The notes under the pieces: generated by a model | What the model saw: only the letters and a program-made list of their open reading frames with translations | What the model was told of the DNA's origin: nothing | Databases searched by the model: none | Shown: positions 46,958 through 64,000 of the stretch, piece after piece | Numbering within the stretch: position 1 is the first letter of the stretch | Layout of the letters: each line of letters opens with the position of its first letter | Made by a program: the position numbers and the translations under genes | DNA from: Eledone cirrhosa | Taxonomy: Eukaryota | Length of the DNA: 64,000 nucleotides | NCBI GenBank assembly: GCA_964016885.1 | Contig: OZ024741.1 | Span: 198,276,001-198,340,000 of the forward strand | Direction of reading: 5' to 3'

Positions 46958-47016
46958 GTGTTGATTAAGATGATGATGGTGATGATGATGATGGTGATGA
47001 TGATGATGATGATGAC

Positions 47017-47069
<53 letters not shown>

Positions 47070-47091
47070 CGATGATGATGGTGATGGTGAT
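46447..47091 (+). repeat. Compound (GAT)n microsatellite, ~645 bp
   Basis: (GAT)n with GGT variants and a recurring GGTGTTGATTAA interruption. Confidence 0.95.
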
Positions 47092-47712
47092 ACAACAGTG
47101 CCAAATATAGTCTCCATTTGACAATAACATATTTCTACAGATATTAATAGATATGATTTAGTGAAACTGATATGCTCTTATCCGCTAAGCCATTGCTGTA
47201 GAGTGAATCACTATGTAATCGGCAATTGCTATTGTTGTTGAAGGGTCGAGTGGATGTCTATATTAGTAGTTCTCATTCTTCCCTTTTTTGCACTTCGTGG
47301 TGCACGGGAGATCAAATTTAAAAATTAGTGGACCACTTCTCACGGAAAATCTAAAAATAAAAACCACTTTAAAGCTAAAAATGTTGATACAAATTGATAG
47401 AAAATGAATGCGTGCCTTCATTTATTAATAACTGGCAATTGTATCCGGCGTTACTCCAGTTTATTAATACTAACAATATATGTAAGTACAGGAATTCAAT
47501 ATATTTTGGATACATCTTTTAAAAAGATGCTGACAATCTTCAGTTTGTCTGAGAATGTTGATTCACTCAGATCCTGTATGTATGTATGTATGTATGTAAT
47601 GCGATGAAATACCAATGATGGTTGGAAAATCACTGACGAAGGACTATTTTTATCATATGTAACCCATGTGCAACCACGCAGTATTCTTCTTTCTTCTCAT
47701 GTTTTTTATATT

Positions 47713-47823
<111 letters not shown>

Positions 47824-48079
47824 ATGCATGTATGTATGTGAGTATGTATGTGAGTATGTATGTGAGTATGTATGTGTGTATATACTATTGGATGGCCATT
47901 GACTCTCATAAGTTCCTCCTTCGCCCTTTGTCGAGTTTTATTTTCATCCCGCAGCATGTTCAATATCACCTTCCTCACCAAGTAGGCTAGGTGTAATCAC
48001 TGGTTAAGTCGCCGAAGATCCAACCATGCAACAGGTTGTATGGGTTACATGTTACCAGTAGCACTTGAGAGTGACCTGA

Positions 48080-48372
48080 CAGGAATCACACTTCTGAGGA
48101 CGAAAAATGGCTAGGGTGTACACACAACTATGGACAAAATTACCAGTCGATGGAGAGAACACTTTTCAGAACACCGGAACAGAGACTCTCATGTGGGTGC
48201 TACAGTTTTAGATTCTATAGATCTGAAGCCCATAGTTTACGCAATGGATGCGCCATCCCCCCTGGAAGAGGTATGTAACTCCATTGCTAAACTAAATCTT
48301 GGAAAAGCAGCTGGTCAAGAAGGATTCTTCGCTGAAATCTATTGTTTGCAGTCTTTGCAGAAAACTCTGTAA
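48080..48372 (+). mobile_element. RTE-clade LINE internal fragment
   Basis: RWREHFSE..NR..LEEV..I.KL..GKAAG.EG..AE is the segment preceding the RT domain. Confidence 0.65.
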
Positions 48373-48503
48373 GTCTCTCGCCGGCTTCGAAAGTCACTGT
48401 CGGTCTCACGTTAGGAACAATGAAGTATAAGTCAACCTGTCAGAGATGGTCATGCTCATCTAACGAGTAGACAGCCATTATGTATATATATACGTATGTA
48501 GAT

Positions 48504-48752
48504 GTGAAGGCACGTGTCTTTGCAGTAAAGATACTCGGCTCATGATACTTTTAAGTTTCCCTAGGCAACTCAGTTGGCAAAAATGAATTGTACCTGTATT
48601 TCAAAAGGTCACCCCTGTCACATTCTGTGTTACACTAAATCTCCGAGAACTACGTTAAGGTTACACGTGTCTGTGGCATGCTCAGCCATTTGTACGTTAA
48701 TTTTACGAGCAGATTGTTCCGTTGGTCGTATCGTCTGGCATATTCGTCACCG
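48504..48752 (+). mobile_element. Second SINE family copy
   Basis: tRNA-like head GTGAAGGCACGTG.. Related minus-strand pieces appear at ~3670-3860 and ~46228-46340. Family assigned by resemblance only. Confidence 0.5.
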
Positions 48753-49229
48753 ACGGCGAGCTAGATGTATGTATGTATTTTGGACACCCTGCAGAGCAAA
48801 AAACAAAACCTGAGAAAGGGCGGAAGAACTCATAAGAGTCAACGGCCATGCAAAAATGTGTAAATATGTATATATGTGTGTGCATGTGTATATATATATA
48901 TACATGTGTGCATGTGTATGTATATGCGCGGGAGCATAGACATAATCAGGCTGGATACCCGATCACGCAGTTAAACCACTGGGAGTGAAGGACCCTAAGC
49001 CCTTGTCAGGGCATTCTTCTAGGAGAAAGCAACTCAGGAAACTGGGATAACTCCGACATAAAACCTGCAGCTCAGTAGTTGCCGATGATGTTGATCTCTT
49101 CTTCTTTTCGAGTAATACCTACTGTCGCTCAGCGAGTGGGATTGGCTCAGTGCACAGTCTTTCTTCACTTTAAAAAAAATCTTCACGCACAGGCATTGCA
49201 CGATAACATTAATTGATAATTATTAATAA

Positions 49230-49417
49230 TTGTTTCTACTTTTGGCACAAGGCCAGCAATTACCCAGTGCATTACTGGTACTTTATTTTATCGACCCCGT
49301 AAGGATGAAAGGCAAAGTTAACCTCGGCGGGATTTGAACTCAGACCATAAAGGGCCGTAACTCTATGCTGCAAGGCATGGTGTCTGACTCTCTACCGATA
49401 CTGCCAATCCACTGCCC
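49230..49417 (-). mobile_element. tRNA-derived SINE with probable target-site duplication
   Basis: Has the same internal deletion as 3141-3300 and is flanked by TTGATAATTATTAATAAT on both sides. Confidence 0.85.
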
Positions 49418-49619
49418 TTGATAATTATTAATAATTGATAATTATTAATAATGTTATATCGTGCAATGGCCATACTCGATAACGAAGGAGCAGCCATAAT
49501 GTATGTATTTATGTACGTATGCATATATATATGTATGTATGCATGTATGTATGCAAGAATGTATGTATGTATGTATGTATGTATGTATGTATGTATGTAT
49601 GTATGTATGTATGTATGTA

Positions 49620-51392
49620 TGGCCGGGTCGTCGGCAACCCCATGAAGCTAGCTTGGTGAGGAGGGTGATTTTGGACACCCTGCTGGATGAAAAACAAAAC
49701 CCGTCAAAAGGCGGGGTAACTCAGCAGAGTCAACGGTCATCCAATAAAGTTGTTTCTTTATTAAGTTGTTGTTGTTGTTGTTTTTGTTTTGTTTTGTTTT
49801 TTAGTGAGATACTCCTAGTCTTCATTAAGACATCTCTCTAGGAGAAGATCACTCTGATATAAAACCTGCGACTTCATTTGCATTCAATGATGTAGACCAG
49901 TTCTTCGTTTTGGGCAAATGCACTCGATGATCAGAAAGTGGGATTGGCCTCATGCAAAGCTTTCCCTCACTTAAAAAAGCTTCAAGCACAGGCATCACTT
50001 GATATATGACATTTTTTTGCGAAGCATGGCATTGCTGGCCATAGGCAAGACCCTAGCAGGACTAAAAAACCACATCTGTGATGCTCAAGTTTCAGTATCA
50101 AGCGAGGGCATTACTCGATATCGAGTTGCAGCCATAATGTATGTATGTATGTATGTATGTATGTATTATGTTAGGTCACCAGTTGGTGCTACTGGTAACA
50201 TGTATTCCAGTACAACCTGTCCCATGGTCGGGTCGTTGGCGACTAAACTGGCAACCCCACAAAGGTTTCTTGGTGAGGAGGGTGACTTTGGACATCCTGC
50301 AGGACTAAAAACAAAACCTGTCAAAAGGCAAAGGAGCTCTTAAGAGTCAATGGCCATCCAAAATCACCGGGAGAGATGACCCCTTAGCCTTTGTCAAGGC
50401 AGAATTCTAGGAGAAGGAAAACTCTGATATAACACCTGCAACCCTGATGGTATCCAATGATGTTGACTTGTTCTTCTTTTTGGTAAATATCATCTTGGTT
50501 AAGAGAGTGGGACTGGCTTTGTGCAGTGCCTTTGCTCACTATAAAAGCTTCACGGCACAGGCATTGCTTTATATCTGGAGATCTCTCTGCATTTGTCGTC
50601 ACATGGTACCATGGGCCCAGCACTATGTGTCAATAATTGTCACAAGTGTAGTGTTTGTACCAGAGCTTTCAAGTCGCTGGCTGGACTAAAAAGTCACACT
50701 CGTTCAGCGCATCAGTAGGGGTTCTCCTACATGGATATAAAGTAGTGGCCGTACTCGAAAACGAGTTGGCAGCCACCATGTATGTATGTATGTATGTATG
50801 TATGTATGTATGTACAACCCAGTACAACCTGTCTCATGGTCGGGTCGTTGGCGACTAAACTGGCAACCCCACCAAGGTTTCTTGGTGAGGAGGGTGACTT
50901 TGGACATCCTGCAGGACTAAAAACAAAACCTGTCAAAGGGCAAAGGAGCTCTTAAGAGCCAATGGCCATCCAAAATCACTGGGAGAGATGACCCCTTAGC
51001 CTTTGTCAAGGCAGAATTCTAGGAGAAGGAAAACTCTGATATAACACCTGCAACCCTGATGGTATCCAATGATGTTGACTTGTTCTTCTTTTTGGTAAAT
51101 ATCATCTTGGTTAAGAGAGTGGGGCTGGCTTTGTGCAGTGCCTTTGCTCACTATAAAAGCTTCACGGCACAGGCATTGCTTTATATCTGGAGATCTCTCT
51201 GCACTTGTCGTCACATGGTACCATGGGCCCAGCACTATGTGTCAATAATTGTCACAAGTGTAGTGTTTGTACCAGAGTTTTCAAGTCGCTGGCTGGACTA
51301 AAAAGTCACACTCGTTCAGCGCATCGGTAGGGGTTCTCCTACATGGATGTAAAGTAGTGGCCGTACTCGAAAACGAGTTGGCAGCCACCATG
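49620..51392 (+). mobile_element. Stack of three RTE-like non-autonomous elements separated by (TATG)n
   Basis: An old copy at 49620-50138 and young copies at 50174-50780 and 50815-51392. Each ends GCAGCCA(C/T)(C/A)ATG(TATG)n. Confidence 0.75.
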
Positions 51393-51908
51393 TATGTATG
51401 TATGTATGTATGTTATCAATGGTTATGTATATTATCAATTATGAGGCAGGTGAAAGATAGGTGCTAAGAAGAAAGAGATTATTGGCACCTACGTTCATTT
51501 GTAAGATGGATTTCGTACTTTTTTCAGTAAAAACAGGAAGTTTCCATGAGGAAATCAAGTACTTTTTGAAATGTAAACAGCTCCTGAGGATGCCATTTTT
51601 AGAGTTGATGATTTCGAGCCTTGGAAAATTCTTTATTTTCCACTGGTACAATAAGCACACTTATTTTTTATCTGTTGATATATGGTCCGGACTTTTCTAG
51701 AATTATTTATTTTATCATGTGAGAAATACCTTTACTTTCGATTGCCAGGCTCATTTCACAAAGGCCGTAACTATTTTGAGCTCATAATAAATTAGTTCTA
51801 TTTACATAGGGAGCGTTTTTTCTTATTATTATTGACTTTCTCGTTATACCCACACACACATATACACACGCGCACGCACGCACACACACACACATACACA
51901 CACATACA

Positions 51909-51998
<90 letters not shown>

Positions 51999-52071
51999 GA
52001 CTGATCGGCCTGATTTGTATATGTTAGAAAATATATATTTTCACTAACTCTACAGTTGGCAGGTGAAAAGT

Positions 52072-52121
52072 GAACTGTACTGATGAAGGGTAATACCCAG
52101 AAACATTAGCGTTTACAGTTC
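52072..52121 (+). ncRNA. Type I hammerhead ribozyme motif
   Basis: GAACTGTA-CTGATGA-aGGGTaatACCCa-GAA-AC attagc GT-T/TACAGTTC: perfect 8-bp helix I and an intact core. Confidence 0.75.
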
Positions 52122-52261
52122 TGTTTACATGCCAACACAAGAGCAAGGATGGGGGGGACTCATTCTACTGACATGGCTTTAAAAGTGAGGCTTGTTTGTA
52201 TAATTGCAAATGAATCGAATATTATTAATATTCGAAAAAATCAGATTACATTTATTATATA

Positions 52262-53072
52262 CTAGCAGTAAAGCCCGGCGTTGCTCGGGGTCGCTCAGTA
52301 GCTGTGTTAAAGTTACAATGTTAAGTTTCTTTTTTGGCTTAAAAACTGTAATGTCTACTGTGCAGACTTGCATGTGGTGTTTTTGATTAATATTCCCTCA
52401 ACCAACAATATGCCTTATGAAGTTAAGAAAACATAACGATAACCCGAATGTTATAACAAAAGAGAATGCTGGGGATAAAAACTGCACTGGTTATTTATTA
52501 ACAAAGATCGAAAATGTAAACACTGCAACGCAGAGAAAAACATTAGCGTAACCAAATTATCAGTTATGTCTGTCTGCACGCCTATATCACCTCTCTGCAC
52601 GACTGTCTGTCTGCACGCCTGAAATATTTGCTTGTTTTACGTAGTCTTTAAATAGACTTGTCTTCAAGTAAAAATATTGTTTTAAAATGCTTTTAAATGG
52701 AAATGAAGCAAAACGGAAGCTTAGTGTTCGAACTGATGAATTTTGCAGGTCAATATTTTGCTGGCTCGACAACTGTTCGTGTATTGTGTTAATGTCATTT
52801 TAAACGCTGAGAAAGCCAGCGTAATTTTTTACGTAAGACGCTCAATGTAAACAGAACAAAGGGAAATAACTGATAACTTACGCTCAAAAATCGATACATT
52901 ATATTCGATTTCGTCACATAGGGTGGGTCAATTTGAAATATTTTTTTTCCGATGTCTTCGCTAGGGCTCAATGTACAAGTATAGCAATTTCGGTGCAATT
53001 CCGTCAGAGATTCTAAGAGGAGATGTGTGCCAAAAATCGATAGACAGACAACCATAGTTTTATATATATAGA
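52262..53072 (-). mobile_element. Non-autonomous Helitron
   Basis: Reverse complement starts A|TCTATATATATAAAAC and ends CCCGAGCAACGCCGGG..CTAG|T. Confidence 0.8.
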
Positions 53073-53095
53073 TATATATATATATATATATATAT

Positions 53096-57763
<4,668 letters not shown>

Positions 57764-57883
57764 AGAGGGTGTGTAATGTTTTTCGAAATATTTACTTCTG
57801 CGTTCACAGATTGATATTTTTAGGTTCAGAAGATCCCGTTAAGGGTGAAAGCAGCGATTCTTTGCTTAAACTTTAATCTGTTA

Positions 57884-57949
<66 letters not shown>

Positions 57950-57952
<3 letters not shown>

Positions 57953-58198
57953 CACCACTGACGATGTTGCAGAGGTGCAACGAAAGATTTATGTAAATTA
58001 TGTAAACTATATATATGTGTTTGTGTCTATATTGTATCTGTATTATTTTTGACCGTCGGTCAGTCAATGGCAACATTGAGGACCGAGTAAGTTAGATCGC
58101 AGATATAAAAGACAGCGAGAAGCGAAAACCAACCAAACAGTGAGTGTGTTCTGTTATTAATTTGGCAATATTACCCAAATATGACCCTCCCCAAGTAT

Positions 58199-58202
<4 letters not shown>
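57950..58202 (+). mobile_element. Solo PLE 3' terminal repeat (same family as 7405-7645)
   Basis: CACCACTGACGATGTTGCAGA.GTGCAACGAAAGA ... ATGACCCTCCCCAAGTATAAC, flanked by (TA)n. Confidence 0.8.
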
Positions 58203-58234
<32 letters not shown>

Positions 58235-58240
<6 letters not shown>

Positions 58241-61200
58241 CTGGGGATGTGTGTGTTAAGGTTTGTAACGTATGCACATCCACAATTTCCAACGGATTCT
58301 ATTCAAAGTCGGGACAATTATTGCTTTTGGTTAGGAAAAGGTCATGAGGCAAATAATTTCAAATCCATCAACAATAAGGGCAAAAATCGATCATGATCAT
58401 TCCCCCTCTATATAATTTAACTGCTTTGCTCTCTCTGTCGCTTTTCACTCCCTATATGACAACACTGTAGAGAGAGAAACAGTGTGTATGATCAAATGGA
58501 GCGTTCCGTATATTCCCTCTCTCTATAATTTAACTGCTTTACTCTCTCTGTCGCTCTTTACTCCCTATATGACAACACTGCAGTGGTGCGTTCCGTATTG
58601 AGCGTTCAATATTGAGCATTCCGTATTGACATACGGCTTATCTGGGGCATTTTCAATCGGCTTATTGCAAATAACAACCCGCAAAATAACACTTCATATA
58701 ACAGATTAATGCTATAGACATATGAATCGGAATGTAACCCGTGAACTTTTTCCTGGGCAAAATTATTCGAACAGACATGACCTCATTGCCAGAGTGTTCA
58801 GACTGAAACTGGCTAAACTCATGGCTTTAATCAAAAAAGGTCAGGTATTTGGGGCTGTAAAATGTGACATGTTCACTGTCGAATGGCAAAAACGAGGGCT
58901 GCCACATGCTCACATTTTGATTTGGTTAGCTGATAAAATCAATTCAAATGCCATAGACAGCTTCATTTCGGCTGTAATCCCTAACCCAGCAACTGACCAG
59001 GAATTACATGACATCGTCAAAGCTAACATGGTCCGTGTGCGTTGGGTCCTAATGAGCATACACGTGTCTGAAGGGGGGGTCGTGTAGTAAGGGATACCCA
59101 AAAAAATTTGTTGACCAGACTCAGACTGGTGGCGACGGGTACCCCCTGTACAGGCGGAGACGGCCCAAGAACGGTGACTTCACCACAACAGTAAAGGGAG
59201 GTCAAGTCGACAATAGATGGGCCGTCCCTTACTGCCCTCTTCTCTTGAAGATGTTCAACGCCCACATCAACGTTGAGTTTTGCAACTCCGTCAAGTCGAT
59301 AAAATACATATGCAAATATGAAAATAAGGGCTCTGATGCCGCAATGTTCGCATTTCAAGCTGAAAATAACAGGGACGAGGTCACAGAATACCTGGCGGGG
59401 CGGTACATCAGTAGCAATGAAGCTTTTTGGCGCCTATTTGGTTTACCCCTACACCAACGACACCCCGCCATCGTACAGCTTGCGGTACATTTGGAAAATG
59501 GGCAAAGGGTTTACTTTACGGGCCAAACCGCCACTAAGTTGGCCGCCGATCCGAAAGAGACCACTCTGACGGGTTTCTTCAAACTTTACCAGTTCGATAC
59601 ATTTGCCCAAACAATTGTGTACCCCCAGGTTCCATCCTACTTTATATGGTCGAAAAACACTTAGGTGCGAAGAAGTCAGGTCAGTCTGTCTTGGAAGGGT
59701 TTACACTGTGCCCCGAAGTCAGCATGAGCACTTTCATCTCCGCCTTCTTCTGCATGAAGTTGTAGGCCCACAAAGTTTTCAGGACCTCAAAACTGTTGAT
59801 GGAGAAATATGTGATACGTACCGGGAAGCCTGCTTTAAGCGAGGTCTTTTGGAAGATGATTCGCAATGGGATTCCACTTTAGCAGAGGGTGCTTTGTTGA
59901 AATCACCTAAAGGTCTACGGGAACTCTTTGCCATTTTGCTTCAAAAGTGTGAATTGGGTGATCCCCCACCCCCAATAAAAAACGGACCCCACCAATAAAA
60001 AATGGACCCTCCCACCTCCCCACCCCCCATAAAAACGGATCCCCCCCAAATAAAAAACGGAACCCCACCAATAAAAAACGCCCCCACTTCCATAAAAAAC
60101 GGACACCCCCCAATAAAAAAGGGTTTCCAAATAAAAAACGCCCCCTCCCCCAAAATAACCCCCCCATAAAAACGGACCCCCCCCCCCCATTTGCATGGTG
60201 ACAACATGTCTGCAGCATTTGCTCAGAACATTTTAGCACTTGGTGAGGGAAAGGTCCCTGCGGATGACAAGGGCGGCATAGCAATCGACTCCCTGTGCAA
60301 CATTGTGAGCAGCCCTTCTGACCTTTGGGAAGCAGTTTTTCCTAATGTCTCATCTAACTTTAAAAACCTCGATTGGCTCAGCGAAAGAGCCATCCTTGCT
60401 CCGAAAAATACCATGGTTAATTTTATTAACGAGCACCTGATTGAGAAGATTCCCAGTAAAGAGCACATCTTCAAATCTATCGACCGGACGTCAGACCCCG
60501 ACGATATCGTTAATTATCCGGTTGAGTTATTAAATTCCCTTGAGCCCCCAGGGTTCCCACCTCACATTATTAAGCTTAGGGTTGGCTGTCCCATTATGCT
60601 AATAAGGAACTTGCGTCCACCAAAGCAGTGCAACGGTACTCGCATGGTCGTCAAGTCACTGACACCCCACTTAATTGAGGCCACCATTGTAACGGGGTGC
60701 GGAAGAGGGGAGAATGTTTTCATTCCAAGGATGAACCTTTTCCCCTCGGCGTCAGATATCCCGTTCGATTTCCGGCGATCCCAATTCCCGGTGAGACCAT
60801 GTTTTGCCATGTCCATTAACAAGTCACAAGAGCAAACATTGTCGGTGGTGGGCATCCATTTGGGGGAGGCATGCTTCTCCCATGGCCAACTTTATGTTGC
60901 CTATTCTCGCGTAGGGAGCAGGAATGGACTTTTTGCTTACACTCCTCAAGGGATGACACGCAATATCGTCTACAAAGAGGTGCTATAAATGTTGGTGCAG
61001 GTGCTGGAGCTATGCCATCTGGAACACTATTTGCTGGTAGGGTATCCCATGGCAGACAGATCTGACACCCAACGGCATCAGGGCCACCATCTTGCAACTT
61101 TGGTCTACTAAATTCGCTATTGGAAGATTATTAACCCATCATTGATTGACCAAAATGCTAATTGGTTCGTAACTTTTAATAACCGGTTCAACTGATTTAT

Positions 61201-61300
61201 GCACTAATTGATAAGCTTATTCGCTTTCAAGCCACGTTTACCTGTATGTAACTTTTCATAGCAAATGAACAAACCCGAGCAACGCCGGGCTAAACTGCTA

Positions 61301-61301
<1 letters not shown>
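58235..61301 (+). mobile_element. Helitron with disrupted Rep/Pif1-helicase gene
   Basis: HUH Rep motif VEWQKRGLPHAHILIW, HINVE..KYICKY..KG, RYISSNEAFWR and RLLL..V.GP.SF; Pif1 C-terminus RAILAP.N..QFPVRPCFAMSINKSQ.QTL..FSHGQLYVA.SRV. Ends hairpin plus CTAG|T. Helicase N-terminal motifs are missing. Confidence 0.92.
59962..60190 (+). repeat. ~20-bp C/A-rich minisatellite inside the Helitron ORF
   Basis: Repeated CCCCCAATAAAAAACGGACCCC-like units. Confidence 0.85.
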
Positions 61302-61377
<76 letters not shown>

Positions 61378-61379
<2 letters not shown>

Positions 61380-62205
61380 AATATAAATTAGCGAAAATCG
61401 TATTTCGGCTATTGGAAATTAGCGAAAAACAACTTCCGAGATGTGTGGCAAGCGCTCAATGAATTCTAACGAACCAGAGCTACAACATACGTTAAAAGGC
61501 CAAACACACTGAGACGATGGTTAAACCATTATCCGCACAGCCATAGAAACGACCAAGTAATTCGAGTCAAACAAATAAAAAAAATGTGATTGAAAAATTT
61601 ACCCGGACCCCTGGATGGTTGGTAAAATCCAGCATTTGGGTTTCTGAGACTCCTAAATCAAGTACTGTCCGCTTAGACAAATAATGTTAAGCTTTTGGTA
61701 AGATGATTGAACGAGGACGTCACTTTCTCAACAGGTTTTAGTTCAAATGCCACGCGAAGGATTGACCGTTACCAATACCCACGTGGGGCTCGGCAAGGGA
61801 GGCAACCCTTATTTTTGGCGGAAGAATTCGGTGTGTAATATTGCAAAATTGCAAAATATCACAAAACGAATTAAGTTCTCAACAAAATGGTTTTAAAGTT
61901 AACAAAAGCTATTCATCAGTCAATAGAATCAACTAAAAAAATCAAGAAAATTAACTAGTCAATAGCTAGACTCTGGAGATTAATACAAATATAAATTAGC
62001 GAGAATCGTATTTCGGCTATTGGAAATTAGCGAAAAACAACTTCCGAGATGTGTGGCAAGCGCTCAATGAATTCTAACGAACCAGAGCTACAACATACGT
62101 TAAAAGGCCAAACACACTGAGACGATGGTTAAACCATTATCCGCACAGCGATAGAAACGACCAAGTAATTCGGGTCAAACAAATAAAAAAATGTGATTGA
62201 AAAAT
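61378..62205 (+). mobile_element. Unclassified element, ~1.35 tandem units of ~608 bp
   Basis: 61378-61597 is repeated at 61986-62205. Homologous to 18812-19450. Confidence 0.75.
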
Positions 62206-62671
62206 ATGTATATAATTATATATTCGTGTACAAATATTTTTGTATACACAATAACAAAATATAAACTTTGTACCATAGCACAACAAATACATGTTCGGTT
62301 TGTCAAATGCCTTTTTACTTAACCCTATCGTCTTGGCTTTCGTGGATTGAACATTTTACTTTCAGGCACCCAATTAAGTTAAACCCCTGGTAATCTACGA
62401 TGTACTTTTTTTATAAGCACAAAATGTAGACGCCATCCCGAGGCCGAGGTATTCCGTACTTCTTTGTACTGTTTCAGAAAGGAGGGATAAACATGCCACT
62501 CTATGTTTAGAATCCCGAGCAACGCCGGGCCATTCTGCTAGTATATATAACGTTGAAAGAGATAAAAGGCTGAACAATACAAAATGAATTGTAAGATGAG
62601 GTAACGAAAAGTAAAAGTTACCTGGTAATCTTTGTTTTGTTTTGTCGTTATTCTTCTTCTTCTTTTACCTG

Positions 62672-62710
62672 TCCAATATTTCGGGACATAAAAGTCCCTT
62701 CATCGGGGTT
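62672..62710 (-). ncRNA. Minimal hammerhead-like motif, CCGAUGA variant
   Basis: Reverse complement: CC-CCGATGA-a-GGGACttttatGTCCC-GAA-ATAT-T/GG. Helix I is only 2 bp. Confidence 0.45.
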
Positions 62711-62863
62711 TAAGGAACCCTCAGTGGATAACGTTCCAATTTCCTCTCTTTGGGATAAAATTTTGATTTTGATTTAAATTTTTTCTAACTCGTTTTCAAG
62801 CTTTCCACGTTAATGACGTCAATTGCCAATATATTAACGTGGAAAGCGAAGTGTCCATCGAAA

Positions 62864-63035
<172 letters not shown>

Positions 63036-63276
63036 GTGCGTGTGTGTGTGTGTGTGTGTGTTTGTTTGTTTCTAATTTAGAGATATGTGTATACATATAA
63101 AGATAAAAAGCACATAATATTTATGGAAAATATGTTCTTCAAAATGGAAAAGTTCCTGTGTACGCATTTTTGTCAAAAATATTATGTGCTTTTTGTGTGT
63201 GTACAAAATACTGTTTCTCAAAAGACATAAGGCTCTTTCTCACTCTCTCTATACATATATATAATAAATTATTGAA

Positions 63277-64000
63277 TTATTGATGCTCTGGACAAATGTC
63301 CATTGATTCTTTGTCCATTGATTCTTTTCTATCTTGAAGCTCTCGCCAGTGTTCATTTATCCGTTCTCCTATACTACGAGCTGTCTCACCTATGTACACT
63401 ATATTCTTATCTCTACATTGTCCTTCAGTACATCTTATGCTATATACTACATTTCTAGTTTTACAGTTAATATGGGGGCTTAGTTTACAGATTATACATT
63501 TCTTATCTATACAGGGAGGTCTTTGAAAAGGGTATGTATTGCTAATAAGTGTTTTTATGGAGGTACCTAGTCTTTCTACTATCTTAATATTGAGTTTATG
63601 TTTATCTAGGGCCCTTCTAAATTTGTAAGCTAATTCACCTCTAGGGGTTGTATTGATGAACATTACACTCTGGTATTTATTGCTATCATACCATGAGTTT
63701 ATTCTATTAACCTTATTCCTAGTTCTTTCTATTCTATTCCAAAATTTGCTCCTATACAATGGGCAGGTCCCATTTGTATCATTATTTACCATTTTTCCCC
63801 ATTTGGTTCTGGCTCCTCTATATACTCTGATTTTATCTCTATCATTATAACCATCTATCTGTGTGGGTTTTCTTGGCCATTGAGGTAATGGTAGGTGGTC
63901 TGCCTCTTGCTGGTCTTGTAGGGCACAGGTTGCTAAGGTCATACGTATCTAGATTATCATTACTATAGGTAAGTTTAAGAAGGAGTCCCAGCTCACTGGT
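63277..64000 (-). mobile_element. Penelope-like element fragment (RT C-terminal linker plus GIY-YIG)
   Basis: SVMFINTTP.GEL..IKIVER.G..CIDKKCIIC..CKTRNVVYSIRC..YIGETARSIGER. Same family as 6640-7645; continues past the window edge. Confidence 0.85.

Noticed and set aside
46399-47130. Poly-His, poly-Ile and poly-Met ORFs
   Set aside because: Translation artefacts of (GAT)n. The same applies to all [12 protein letters not shown] and ERER ORFs in the track.

Overview
AT-rich, repeat-saturated eukaryotic DNA. It is probably from an octopus or another cephalopod, inferred from the SINE type and the abundance of (TA)n/(CA)n/(TATG)n tracts. I can support no host protein-coding gene, and most ORF-track entries are microsatellite artefacts. 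The window is a nest of decayed transposons: a hAT 3' end, three R4/Dong-type RLE LINEs, two L1/Tx1 LINEs, RTE fragments, three Penelope-like (PLE) GIY-YIG remnants, one Rep/Pif1 Helitron with several non-autonomous Helitrons, and tRNA-derived SINEs. The main hidden signal is RNA structure: about 25 type I hammerhead ribozyme (HHR) motifs can be folded by eye. They occur (i) once per unit in a 9-unit, ~470-570 bp retrozyme-like tandem array at 53.1-57.8 kb, (ii) back-to-back in palindromes inserted in (TA)n, and (iii) as recurrent core variants (CAGAAGA, CCGAUGA), one of which is also carried by Helitrons. Two further oddities stand out. Dong(-)/Tx1(+) head-to-head fusions occur twice. Both Tx1 copies also conserve a 50-52 nt intron-like spacer, whose removal would fuse ORF1 to ORF2 in frame in the better-preserved copy. 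All folds and boundaries were done by hand and are approximate.
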